This document shows positions 45,464-54,499 of a stretch of DNA of 55,643 nucleotides, in pieces (within the stretch, counting starts at the first letter, position 1; each line of letters opens with the position of its first letter). The DNA is taken from NCBI GenBank assembly GCA_035513345.1, contig DATKCF010000045.1:1-55643 (forward strand), written 5' to 3'. The notes beneath the pieces are model-generated. The model made no database searches and was not told where the DNA came from. It saw nothing but the letters and a program-made list of their open reading frames with translations. Made by a program: the position numbers and the translations under genes. The stretch comes from Longimicrobiales bacterium (GTDB lineage: Bacteria > Gemmatimonadota > Gemmatimonadetes > Longimicrobiales > RSA9).

Positions 45464-45825
45464 CAGTCTCCGTCGCGAACCTCCCTCACCACCCTCAGTA
45501 CCGCGTGGTCCGGCATGTCCTTCATCTCGCGGATCAGATCCGCGAACAGCCGCGGACGCCGCCGGATAGCAGCCTGCAGATCGCTCGACACCTTGCCCGC
45601 CAGCGCCAGCAGAACGTCCGCGTCCAGCCCGAGTTCCCCCGCCAGCCGGACCAGCGTCTCCTCCGACGGTGGCGACCCGATGTCCCGCTCGACCTTGCTC
45701 AGATAGCTCGGCTCGATCCCCAGCCGCTCCGCTACCCGCCGGACCGAGAACCGGGCGTCCTCGCCACGCAGTTCCTCGCGTCTCGCCCGGATGTACTGGC
45801 CGAGCGAGGCAGCTTCATGCCCCAT
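45460..45825 (-). CDS. XRE-family helix-turn-helix transcriptional regulator (121 aa)
   Basis: 'SVRRVAERLGIEPSYLSKVERDIGSPPSEETLVRLAGELGLD' is the classic HTH_XRE (cro/C1). The start codon lies 3-4 nt from a palindromic operator-like sequence, with no RBS (leaderless). Confidence 0.8.
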   Translation of the reverse strand: MGHEAASLGQYIRARREELRGEDARFSVRRVAERLGIEPSYLSKVERDIGSPPSEETLVRLAGELGLDADVLLALAGKVSSDLQAAIRRRPRLFADLIREMKDMPDHAVLRVVREVRDGDW

Positions 45826-45826
45826 G

Positions 45827-45853
45827 GCGTGTACTATATACTACACAGTACCC
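45827..45853 (-). promoter_or_regulatory. Nested palindrome GTGTA-N8-TACAC / GTACT-N11-AGTAC around a TATATA core, abutting the XRE gene start codon. Putative autoregulated promoter/operator.
   Basis: gcgtgtactatatactacacagtaccc. An AT-rich -10-like element inside the palindrome. The transcript would be leaderless. Confidence 0.45.
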
Positions 45854-46138
45854 GGACGCAACCCCCGCTCTGCCCTCAACAACACCGTGGCCCGGTCGAC
45901 GCGACGCACATGCAGATGGCCGGCTCGTGGTCCGTCAACTGGTACAACGGAGTGATCGTGAGTTCGGAGATCGCGCGCGGCCTGGACATCTTCGAGGTGG
46001 CATGGAATTGCCCATACCGCAACGCGGGCAGTGGGTAATCCTCCCGAAGCGCAGGTCATGCGAATGGGTTATCGTGGAGACCTGACGCCCGGGGACGGGT
46101 CGTCGCACGACGCCACCGTGTCGCCTGGAGTGAGGGCC

Positions 46139-47299
46139 ATGGACAATACCGCGAGTCAGGCCGAAGGCCGCCGCTCGTATGACGGCGAGGCCAGAGACGG
46201 CAGTGCGGTGGAGCGGTTCGAGACGGTTGTGATCGGTGCCGGCCAGGCGGGCCTTTCGACTGGCTACCACCTGACGCGGCGAGGCCTCCCGTTCGTCATC
46301 CTCGAGGCGAAGGGCCGCATCGGCGACGCGTGGCGCGAACGCTGGGACTCGCTTCGCCTGTTCACGCCCGCGCGCTTCAACGGGCTCGACGGCATGCAGT
46401 ACCCGGCTCCCGCGTACTATTTTCCGACGCGTGAGGAGATGGCCGACTATCTCGAATCGTATGCGGACTGGTTCGAATTGCCCGTCCGGACCGGCGTGCG
46501 CGTCGACCGGCTTGCGCGGCAGAGCGGCCAGTTCGTGCTGACGGCGGGCGACCGGCGCTTCGTGGCGGACAACGTCGTCGTCGCGATGGCGGACTATCAG
46601 AGACCTGCAGTTCCGTCATTCGCGGCCGACTTGAATGCGGACATCGTTCAGCTTCACTCGTTCGACTACCGGAATCCGGATCAGTTGCGGGATGGTCCGG
46701 TTCTGATCGTAGGCGCTGGTAACTCGGGCGCCGAAATCGCGAAGGAACTGGCGCCTGGCCACAGGGTGTTCATGTCCGGACGCGATACGGGCCATCTGCC
46801 GTTTCGCCCCGACAGTTTCGCGGGGCGCCACGGCATGGTCAGAATGCTGCTGCGCGTTCTGTTTCACCGTGTACTGACGGTCAGCACGCCGATCGGACGA
46901 AAGGCCAGGTCCGCGATCCTGCACAAGGGCGGGCCGCTCATCCGCGTGCAGCCCGCCGATCTTGCCCGGGCGGGTGTCGAGCGTGTGCCGAGAACGGCCC
47001 GCACGCAGGATGGTCTGCCGGTGCTCGAGGACGGACGCGTGCTGGACGTCGCCAATGTCGTCTGGTGCACTGGATACACGCCCGGCTTCGACTGGATCGA
47101 CCTGCCCGTGTTCGGTGAAGGCGACACGGCCGACCCCGAACATCGCAGCGGAATCGTCGAGTCCACACCGGGCCTGTACTTCGTGGGCCTGCATTTCCTT
47201 CACGCGCTCTCATCCGCCATGATCCATGGCGTCGGCCGTGATGCGAACCGCGCGGCCGCCGCCATCGAATCGCGCCGGTCCGCCGCCCGGCCGGCGTAA
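46139..47299 (+). CDS. FAD/NAD(P)-binding oxidoreductase, flavin monooxygenase-like (COG2072/CzcO-like)
   Basis: 'VVIGAGQAGLSTGYHL' FAD Rossmann and a second 'LIVGAGNSGAEIAKELA' NAD(P) Rossmann. Start at the Met at 46139 with ggag upstream. Confidence 0.8.
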   Translation: MDNTASQAEGRRSYDGEARDGSAVERFETVVIGAGQAGLSTGYHLTRRGLPFVILEAKGRIGDAWRERWDSLRLFTPARFNGLDGMQYPAPAYYFPTREEMADYLESYADWFELPVRTGVRVDRLARQSGQFVLTAGDRRFVADNVVVAMADYQRPAVPSFAADLNADIVQLHSFDYRNPDQLRDGPVLIVGAGNSGAEIAKELAPGHRVFMSGRDTGHLPFRPDSFAGRHGMVRMLLRVLFHRVLTVSTPIGRKARSAILHKGGPLIRVQPADLARAGVERVPRTARTQDGLPVLEDGRVLDVANVVWCTGYTPGFDWIDLPVFGEGDTADPEHRSGIVESTPGLYFVGLHFLHALSSAMIHGVGRDANRAAAAIESRRSAARPA

Positions 47300-47392
47300 C
47301 GCACACCTGTCCGGGTTGTCATTGGGCCGCGCGGGCACCATCGTTGCACTCCGGTCAGCGTACGCCGCATCGAAAGCCGCAAGGAGAGCAAC

Positions 47393-48808
47393 GTGAGGTT
47401 GAACCGAGTTGTCGCCGCCGCATTCGTGATCGTCGCATTGCCCGCGTCAGGACAGACCACGAACGATCCGTTTGCGACACCGATCGTTGCGGACGAAGGA
47501 ATCATCCGCGTCGACTTCAGGGAGTTCGCGACGATTCCTGACATGGACGGTGCGGCAGCGCGCATGATGCTGCTCGTCGATGAGCCCGGGACGCGGCGGC
47601 TGTTCGTCAACGACATGCGCGGGCCGCTGTATGGCGTCAGCTACGATGGTCGGACGGTGATCGAGTACGTGAACATCGACGATCCGCGCTGGGCCATGGA
47701 TGTGGAGTCATCCGGCCGCGAACGCGGATTCCAGAGTTTCGCGTTCCATCCGCAGTTCAATATTCCGGGCTCGCCCGGCTACGGAAAGTTCTACACGTGG
47801 TCGGACGTGACGGACACGTCACCGGCGGCGGACTTCACGCCCACGGGCGAGGGCGACACGCATGACACGGTTCTGCTCGAGTGGACCGCGCAGGATGCGA
47901 CGGCCACGACCTACGACGGCGCCCGGCCGCGCGAACTGTTTCGCGTGCAGCAGCCGTTCGGTAATCACAATGGTGGCCACATCTCGTTCAATCCGCTGGC
48001 CTCGCAGGGCGACGAGGACTTCGGCCTGCTCTACATCGGAAACGCCGATGGCGGCAGCGGCGGCGACCCGATGAACATGGCGCAAAACCCGGCGTCCGCG
48101 TTCGGCAAGATCCTGCGCGTCGATCCGCTCGGCTCGAACGCAACGAACGGGAAGTACGGCATTCCGGCGACCAATCCCTTCGTGTCGGGCGGACCGCCCG
48201 GTGTACTGGGCGAGATCTGGGCGCTCGGTCTGCGCAACCCGCAGCGGTTCGAGTGGGACCCCGCGAACGGCAGCATGTACGTCGCGGACATCGGCCAGAA
48301 CATCGTCGAAGAGCTGAGCCCCGTGACGGCCGGCGCGAACCTCGGCTGGAACGTGTGGGAAGGCAGCTTCCGCTACGCCAGCCGGGCCGGCGTCGAGACC
48401 GGCAACGCGAGAGGTGACGCTTCCATGACGTTCCCGGTCGCCGAGTACGACCATCGCGACCCGATCCTGTCGGGCCGGTCCGCCGTCACGGGCGTGGTCG
48501 TCTACCGTGCGGCGGCGATTCCGCAGTTGCGCGGGCGCATCCTGTTCGGAGACATGCCGACCGGCGAGATCTTCCATGTGTCCGCAGATGATCCGCCCGC
48601 CGGCGGGCAGGCGCCGATCCGTCGCCTGCTGTTCAATGACGGCGGCGAACCGACAACGCTGCTTCAGCTCATCCAGGCGAAGAACCGCGAGCAGGGCAAG
48701 GAGCCGGCGTCACGCACCGACCTGCGCTTCGGTCTGGGGCCCGACCAGCAGGTGTTCATCCTCAACAAGCACGATGGAACGATCCGCGTGATCGCCCCCG
48801 CCGGCTGA
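47393..48808 (+). CDS. PQQ-dependent soluble sugar (glucose/sorbosone) dehydrogenase-like beta-propeller protein
   Basis: GTG start with a strong RBS aaggaga. Signal peptide. 'QQPFGNHNGGHISFNP', 'ALGLRNPQRFEWDP', 'WEGSFRY' are GSDH family motifs. Confidence 0.8.
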   Translation: MRLNRVVAAAFVIVALPASGQTTNDPFATPIVADEGIIRVDFREFATIPDMDGAAARMMLLVDEPGTRRLFVNDMRGPLYGVSYDGRTVIEYVNIDDPRWAMDVESSGRERGFQSFAFHPQFNIPGSPGYGKFYTWSDVTDTSPAADFTPTGEGDTHDTVLLEWTAQDATATTYDGARPRELFRVQQPFGNHNGGHISFNPLASQGDEDFGLLYIGNADGGSGGDPMNMAQNPASAFGKILRVDPLGSNATNGKYGIPATNPFVSGGPPGVLGEIWALGLRNPQRFEWDPANGSMYVADIGQNIVEELSPVTAGANLGWNVWEGSFRYASRAGVETGNARGDASMTFPVAEYDHRDPILSGRSAVTGVVVYRAAAIPQLRGRILFGDMPTGEIFHVSADDPPAGGQAPIRRLLFNDGGEPTTLLQLIQAKNREQGKEPASRTDLRFGLGPDQQVFILNKHDGTIRVIAPAG

Positions 48809-48861
48809 CGAAGGGACGGGCCCGGACCGCTGCAACCGCGGCCCGGACCCGCTCCCGTTCC

Positions 48862-49632
48862 TCAGTCCTGTTCGACGTACATCAACGAGCCGTACGTCGT
48901 GAGATTCTCACCGGTCTCCAGAAGCGTCTTGAGACCCGACAGGATCATCGGCCAGCCGCCGTACAGCTCCGGGTTCGCCCCCTCGCGGAGCTGGTCGTGC
49001 GTGACCGTCAGGCGACACGAATCTCCGACCGCCTCGATCTCCCACGTAACCCGCGATGTGCCCTCCGCCTTCGCCTCATCACTCCACAGAGCCGTCATGC
49101 TCTGTACCAGCCGGCGAGGCGCTTCGACCTCCAGTAACTCGCCCACACCGAGATGCACCGACCCGCCCCCAGCCTTCATCTCGAACTTCGAGCCCGGCTT
49201 CCAATCCGATTCGATCGCCGCGCCGAAATTGTACCTCGCCCGCATCGCTGGATCCGTGATCGCCTGCCACAGCCGCTCCGGCGTAGTCTTGATCCAGATC
49301 TCGAACACCTTCTCCATCGTCCTGTCCTCCAGTCCGTGCTTGAGGTCACTCAACGCCGCCGTCCACGGCTCGGCGTATTTGCTCACCCACCGGTCGTGGA
49401 TGAGCCGGATCGGTACCGCATTCAGAAAGTGCAGCTTCTCGCGACCTCGCCGCCGCGTCACGATCAGGCCGGCCTCCTCCAGCACTCGCAGATGCTTCAT
49501 GACGCCGAACCTCGTCATCGGCAGCCTCTCCTCGAGCGCCGTCAGCGATTGCCCGTCTTCGCGAAACAATTCGTCGAGCAGGCTCCGACGTGTGTTATCG
49601 GCAAGGGCCTTGAAGACGAGGTCCATGGTCAT
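48862..49632 (-). CDS. ArsR/SmtB-family HTH regulator fused to SRPBCC (AHSA1/polyketide-cyclase-like) domain
   Basis: 'VFKALADNTRRSLLDEL...LSHHLRVLEEAGLI'-type ArsR HTH. A C-terminal ~150-aa START/Bet v1-like domain. Start at the Met near 49632. Confidence 0.8.
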   Translation of the reverse strand: MTMDLVFKALADNTRRSLLDELFREDGQSLTALEERLPMTRFGVMKHLRVLEEAGLIVTRRRGREKLHFLNAVPIRLIHDRWVSKYAEPWTAALSDLKHGLEDRTMEKVFEIWIKTTPERLWQAITDPAMRARYNFGAAIESDWKPGSKFEMKAGGGSVHLGVGELLEVEAPRRLVQSMTALWSDEAKAEGTSRVTWEIEAVGDSCRLTVTHDQLREGANPELYGGWPMILSGLKTLLETGENLTTYGSLMYVEQD

Positions 49633-49812
49633 CGGGTAATATGTGACCTGTTGGTCACATGTCAACCCGCTCGACCACCGGGCGTCCTGGCCGGTCCGAT
49701 CACGTCGATCCGGCCCTGATCGGTCGACATCCCTCGGGTGTCCCGCACTGGGATCTCCGGCCGGTCCAATCAGCGGGCTGGATCAATTGCCGGCGGCAGC
49801 CGCCTGGTTTCG

Positions 49813-51258
49813 TTAGCGGCCCGGCGACACGGTCTGCTCCGGTGCGGGCGTCGTATTTTCAGTCTCGGGCAGCGTTTCGCCGTGGAGCGCGGCATGGCCG
49901 ATGCGGGCGTAGTTGATCGCCTTGGCGAGGATGCGCATGGCTTCCTGCGGCGCATGGAAACCCATCGAGTTCTCGGCTTCGATGAAGTCGGTGAGGAACT
50001 GGGCGCGCCGCTGATAGTCGCGGGCGCTGGCGAGGTAGGGACTGGTGCTATCCTGCTGGGCGACGCGGCCGATGGCGAAAGCGAGTTGCAGTGTCGCATC
50101 GATGGCGGTGTTGCGTATCTCGTACGTCCGATCCTGGATGATGTGAACGCGCTCGCGCAATTCATCGTCCGACCACGTGTGGCATGTCTGGCAGGCATTG
50201 TTGACGTTGAGCATGGGGCTGCGGACCCAGTGGTCACTGATCTTCATGGCGCCCGCGCGTTTGAAGGGCATGTGGCAGTCGGCGCAGGCCACGCCGCTGC
50301 GCGCGTGTATGCCCTGGCTGTACAATTCGAATTCGGGGTGCTGTGCCTTGAGTGCGGGCGCGCCGCTGATTGCGTGCGTCCAGTCGACGTGGCCGTTCTC
50401 CTGATAGACGGCGAGTATGCTGTCGGCACGCAGGCCCTTCTGCCACGGATAGACGAGTGTCCGGTCCGGTCCCTGGAAGTAGTACTCGACATGACACTGT
50501 CCGCAGACCCAGGTCCGCATCTCCTGGCGCGTCGCATCCTCGTTGACATCATAGTCGTCGATGCCTTCGAGCGCTTTCAGCGTGCGGATGCCGTTGATGA
50601 AGGCGGGCCGGGTAATGCGCAACTGCATGTCCTCGGGATCGTGGCAGTCGATGCAGGAGACGGGATGTTCGGCCAGCGCGGCGGCTTCGGCGTAGGGCAT
50701 GCGGTTGGCGCGCCGCCATCCTTCCATGAGGTCGCCGTCGCCGAGTTTGAGGTAGGGCACATACACGGATGCGTGGCAGTGCAGGCAGGTGCCGGGCTGC
50801 GGCGCGACTTCCTGGCGTTCCGTGAAGAGCTGGTCGATGAACATGTACGCGTGGCCTCGCTCTTCACGGAAATCCTCGGCGAAGGCGTAGCCGGCCCAGA
50901 AGTCGCGCAGGCGAGGGTCCTCGTCGAGCCGGGAAACGGACACCGTGTCGCGTGGGTCGCGCGGACCCGGCTGCTTGGGAATCGCTTCGCTGCCGCCGTA
51001 GCGGGTGCGGGTCATGTCGACGGTACGCAGGTAGTCGTCGTACTGGAGCGGGAAGTTCCTGCCCCAGATCGCGGGGTCCGTCGTTGTGTCGGTCAGCTCG
51101 ACGACACGGTAGAACGGATTCCTCGCCTCCTGCTGCCGCTCGAAGATGCTGGTCAGAAGCGCCGCGATGCCCAGCGTCCCGACTACCGCGGCGACTGCGG
51201 CAAGCGCGAGCCCGCCAGCGCCGAAGGTGCGGTTGCGCTTCCCGGTTCCGTCAGTCAT
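49813..51258 (-). CDS. nrfA: Pentaheme cytochrome c nitrite reductase (ammonia-forming), CxxCH-type active-site heme variant
   Basis: Five CxxCH motifs (CLHCH, CIDCH, CGQCH, CADCH, CQTCH) with NrfA spacing, and N-terminal TM/signal. The first motif is CxxCH rather than the enterobacterial CxxCK. Confidence 0.9.
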   Translation of the reverse strand: MTDGTGKRNRTFGAGGLALAAVAAVVGTLGIAALLTSIFERQQEARNPFYRVVELTDTTTDPAIWGRNFPLQYDDYLRTVDMTRTRYGGSEAIPKQPGPRDPRDTVSVSRLDEDPRLRDFWAGYAFAEDFREERGHAYMFIDQLFTERQEVAPQPGTCLHCHASVYVPYLKLGDGDLMEGWRRANRMPYAEAAALAEHPVSCIDCHDPEDMQLRITRPAFINGIRTLKALEGIDDYDVNEDATRQEMRTWVCGQCHVEYYFQGPDRTLVYPWQKGLRADSILAVYQENGHVDWTHAISGAPALKAQHPEFELYSQGIHARSGVACADCHMPFKRAGAMKISDHWVRSPMLNVNNACQTCHTWSDDELRERVHIIQDRTYEIRNTAIDATLQLAFAIGRVAQQDSTSPYLASARDYQRRAQFLTDFIEAENSMGFHAPQEAMRILAKAINYARIGHAALHGETLPETENTTPAPEQTVSPGR

Positions 51259-51381
51259 CGGCCCTTCCTTTGCCCTTTCGAGTCCTGATCGAGACGTTTC
51301 GCTCGCTCACCCGGCCTCTGCCGGATCCTCCGGTCGACCGCCGCCTGCGATCGACCGCCGAACGCGTGTCGGCGCCCGGAA

Positions 51382-51864
51382 TCACCATCTCACCCTGTGT
51401 CCGACGTAGCGATGGCAGCGCGTACACGTGAACGCATCGCCGCTCCCGTCCGGATCGAAACTCACATCGGCGTACGGCGGACCGTGGTCGATCGCGTCCG
51501 TGATGCGCTCGTGGCAGTACCGGCACGCGCCCTCCGTGACTTCATGATTGCCTTCGGTGATCCGGATCGGATACGGGTAGTTACCGGTCGTGAAGTAGAA
51601 CGAATGCCAGAAGCCGTTCTTCGCCTTCACAACGTACTTTCCCACCGGATGATGCGGCGTGTGGCAGTGGTTGCAGGTGGCAACCGCCTTGTGGCTCGAC
51701 TTGTTCCACGCAGAAACGTGCTCGTCCATGACGTGGCAGTTGCCGCAGACCTCCGGATCATTGCTCAGATACGAATAGCCGCGGGCATATACGAATGTGA
51801 AGCCACCCAGCCCGATCATCGCACCGACGAGGATTACCGTCATGAGTGGAAGCCAGCGTCTCAC
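51382..51864 (-). CDS. nrfH: NapC/NirT-family tetraheme cytochrome c quinol dehydrogenase, NrfH
   Basis: Four CxxCH (CGNCH, CNHCH, CRYCH, CTRCH). N-terminal TM 'MTVILVGAMIGLGGFTFVY'. Start at the GTG at 51864, or the ATG at 51843. Directly upstream of nrfA on the same strand. Confidence 0.85.
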   Translation of the reverse strand: MRRWLPLMTVILVGAMIGLGGFTFVYARGYSYLSNDPEVCGNCHVMDEHVSAWNKSSHKAVATCNHCHTPHHPVGKYVVKAKNGFWHSFYFTTGNYPYPIRITEGNHEVTEGACRYCHERITDAIDHGPPYADVSFDPDGSGDAFTCTRCHRYVGHRVRW

Positions 51865-51999
51865 GTGCGTGTCGCCCGGTCTCGAGGAAACCGTCGTCCG
51901 GTTAGCGATCCAAGGTGCAAGGTCTGGCCGCGTCGGTCCAGGAACCACCGCCATTGTTCGTCCGAACATCGGGCGTGGACCTCGCGGCCTGTCGAGCGT

Positions 52000-52195
52000 C
52001 AGCCGCATCCGCCCCGGAGGCCGGAGGGCCGCGTGCCGGCCCGCGGGCCGCGTCTCCGGAGTGCCGCGCCCGGCCCCCGGAGGGTGGCGGCGCCGGAGGC
52101 CACGTCTGCGCCAGGAGGCCGCGTCTGTGACGCGGGCCGCGTCGGGCCCCCGAAGAGCCGCGTCCCCCGGAGGGCCCGTCTACCGAAAAATTGCA
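52000..52195. repeat. Degenerate ~20-25-bp minisatellite (7-8 units containing GGCCGCGTC and CCGGAGG cores) 140-330 nt upstream of nrfH
   Basis: gggccgcgtgcc / gggccgcgtctccggag / aggccacgtctgcg / aggccgcgtctgtg / gggccgcgtcgggc / gagccgcgtcccccggaggg / gggcccgtctacc. Non-coding. Confidence 0.6.
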
Positions 52196-52393
52196 CTCCG
52201 GCGACGTTCGGAATGGTTGTTGTGCGAAGTACCGGACGGCAGCGGGGTTATCGCCCTCGCACGAACCGAGGCATCGCAACGTCGTGATTTCGTGCGGAAA
52301 TGGCCCCGATCATTGCACACTGGCGCAGCTGAACTCGTCGTCTGTGCAATTGTCCGGAGAGGACCGCGATCCCCAATCGTTCGAGACGAGCCG

Positions 52394-52486
52394 TGGCCGC
52401 GGTCCGGGGATTCGACCGGCCCTCGCGCGGTGGAATCCCCACTGGCCGGCGCGGCGGCCGCGGTCCGGGGATTCGACCGGCCCTCC
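52394..52486. repeat. Perfect 30-bp direct repeat ggccgcggtccggggattcgaccggccctc (x2, 63-bp periodicity) separated by a segment carrying the inverted motif GAATCCCC
   Basis: 52394-52423 and 52457-52486 are identical. The middle 'gtggaatccccactggccgg' can pair with GGGGATTC of either copy (alternative hairpins). An upstream 'gatcccc' occurs at 52369. It lies between nrfH (-) and the DinB-family gene (+). Confidence 0.7.
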
Positions 52487-52747
52487 CTGCCGCACGCGCA
52501 GGAGCCCCGCAACCGCATCCGCTCCATGAGATGCGACGCGAGCAACGCCGCGGCCGGAAATAGCTCGACGACTTCCACTCAGCGTGCAGCCGGGTCCGCT
52601 GCAACGGTGACAAGCGACGGGCTTGCGTTCTGCTGATCACGCGCTATGTTGGGTCCGTAAACCCGAACAAAAACCGTATGTCGGCCGCCGCGACCCGACC
52701 CTGCTACGTACAGATGGATCGTCGCGACCACTCACCACGAGGTTCAA

Positions 52748-53221
52748 ATGACCGACACGAACGACCGTATCATCACGCCTGCCGCACTGCTTTCCCACTG
52801 GCAGGGCCACCGCAAGCTCACTCGCCGCGTGATCGAGGCGTTTCCGGAGGACCAGTTGTTCAGCTACTCGGTTGGCGAGATGCGGCCGTTCGGCGAGATG
52901 GCGATGGAGCTGCTGAGCATGGCGGCGCCGATGGCGAGGGGCGTGGCGACGGGGGAATGGTCGACATCGTTCGATCGCAAGCCGGTCCCGCGGGCCGAGT
53001 TGCTGAAGGAGTGGGACGCATCGACTACGGAGATCGACCGGTTGTGGTCGCAGATCCCGCCGGCGCGGTTCCAGGAGAAGCTGACGGCGTTCGGCCAGTA
53101 CGAAGGAATCGTTCACGACCTGCTGCTCTATGTGATCGACAACGAGATCCACCATCGCGGCCAGGGTTACGTCTATCTGCGCGCGCTGGGCATCGAGCCG
53201 CCGCACTTCTGGGAACGGTAG
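52748..53221 (+). CDS. DinB-family (DinB_2/YfiT-like) four-helix-bundle metal-dependent protein
   Basis: '...HWQGHRKLTRRVIEAFPEDQL...YVIDNEIHHRGQGYVYLRALG' is the DinB/DUF664 His-triad pattern. Confidence 0.75.
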   Translation: MTDTNDRIITPAALLSHWQGHRKLTRRVIEAFPEDQLFSYSVGEMRPFGEMAMELLSMAAPMARGVATGEWSTSFDRKPVPRAELLKEWDASTTEIDRLWSQIPPARFQEKLTAFGQYEGIVHDLLLYVIDNEIHHRGQGYVYLRALGIEPPHFWER

Positions 53222-53422
53222 CGCGATCAAGGCTGGCCTCGTTCGTGATGACGCACGAGGTCCGTAGTCGCGACGGGCGCCTGGAAGCGGAGGACGGGCC
53301 GGACCGCTTGCGGGCGGAGATGTCGCCCGCGTAGCGTTCTGTGCGCCCACCGTCGGCCGGGCGCGCGCCGCGCCAGCGGGCGGCGATCGAGGTGGTCGGG
53401 CGTCCTCACTGGTGGAGGTGGC

Positions 53423-54499
53423 GTGAAAGAGCCTTCGATTCAGACAGGATACCTGGTTCTTGCCGACCTGGCAGGCTTCACTCCATTCGTCGCCAGCGCG
53501 GAGGTCGACCACGCGCAGGTCATTCTGGCCCACCTGCTGGGTCTGCTTCGCAGCGAGTTGACGCCTGCGCTCCAGCTTGCCGAGGTGGAAGGCGACGCGC
53601 TGTTCCTGTTCGCGCCGCACTCCCGCATGGCGCGCGGCGAGACCCTGCTCGAGTTGATCGAGAGCACGTACGTCGCGTTCCGGGACCGCCAGCGGACCAT
53701 GGCGAGGAGTGCGACGTGCCCGTGTGAAGCATGCCGGATGATCCCGAGCCTCGACCTCAAGTTCGTCGCGCATTCCGGCGAGTTCGTGTTGCAGAACCTG
53801 ACGGGTACGGCCAAGCCGTTCGGCTCCTGCGTCAACCTGGCGCACCGGCTGCTCAAGAACGACGTCACGGAGAGCACCGGCTGGCCTGCGTATGCGTTGT
53901 TCACGGATCGGGCACTCGAGATGATGGGCGTGCGCCCCGACAGCATGCACACGCGAACTCTGAGTTACGCGCACCACGGCGAGATCGCCATCGGCGTGAT
54001 CGATCTGCGGCAACGCTTCACCGAGCTCACTGCCCAGCGAACCGCGTTTCTGCCTGAAAGCGAAGCACATTTCACGATTCGCCGCCGGTACGCCGTGCCG
54101 CGACCTCTCCTGTGGGAGCTGCTGACGGACATCGACATGCGCAACAAGTGGGAGATCGGTTCCGACTGGTCGATGCTGCGCCGACCGACCGGACGAGCCG
54201 GACCGGGCACGACGAATCACTGCGCGGCCTCCGACTTCATCGAGGAAGTGCTGGACTGGCGGCCGTTCGACTACTATACGGCGCTTCTCAGGTATCGGGC
54301 GGTCAATATTCGCGTGACCGGCGAACTGCGCGCAGACGGAGACGTTACGGAATTGCGCTGGAGCATGTCCCTCGAGAGTGTCGTGCCCCGTCCGTTGCGT
54401 GGCCCGGCCTGCCGGTTCTTCGCTACGCGGTTGATGCGTGCGCCCGCACGTTTCGAGAAGCTCGACCAACTGATCGCGACGGGAGCGGATTTCGCGTAG
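53423..54499 (+). CDS. DUF2652-like protein (nucleotide-cyclase-like fold, CxCxxC cluster), function unknown
   Basis: 'GYLVLADLAGFTPFV...GDALFLF...CPCEACR...FVAHSGEFVL...NLAHRLLKN'. Confidence 0.55.
   Translation: MKEPSIQTGYLVLADLAGFTPFVASAEVDHAQVILAHLLGLLRSELTPALQLAEVEGDALFLFAPHSRMARGETLLELIESTYVAFRDRQRTMARSATCPCEACRMIPSLDLKFVAHSGEFVLQNLTGTAKPFGSCVNLAHRLLKNDVTESTGWPAYALFTDRALEMMGVRPDSMHTRTLSYAHHGEIAIGVIDLRQRFTELTAQRTAFLPESEAHFTIRRRYAVPRPLLWELLTDIDMRNKWEIGSDWSMLRRPTGRAGPGTTNHCAASDFIEEVLDWRPFDYYTALLRYRAVNIRVTGELRADGDVTELRWSMSLESVVPRPLRGPACRFFATRLMRAPARFEKLDQLIATGADFA

Noticed and set aside
52394-52423. tRNA-like T-arm (GGGGATTCGACCGG resembles GGTTCGAATCC)
   Set aside because: The flanks do not form a 5-bp T-stem (ccggg vs ccggc) and no acceptor, D or anticodon arms can be built. 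It is a repeated motif, not a tRNA.
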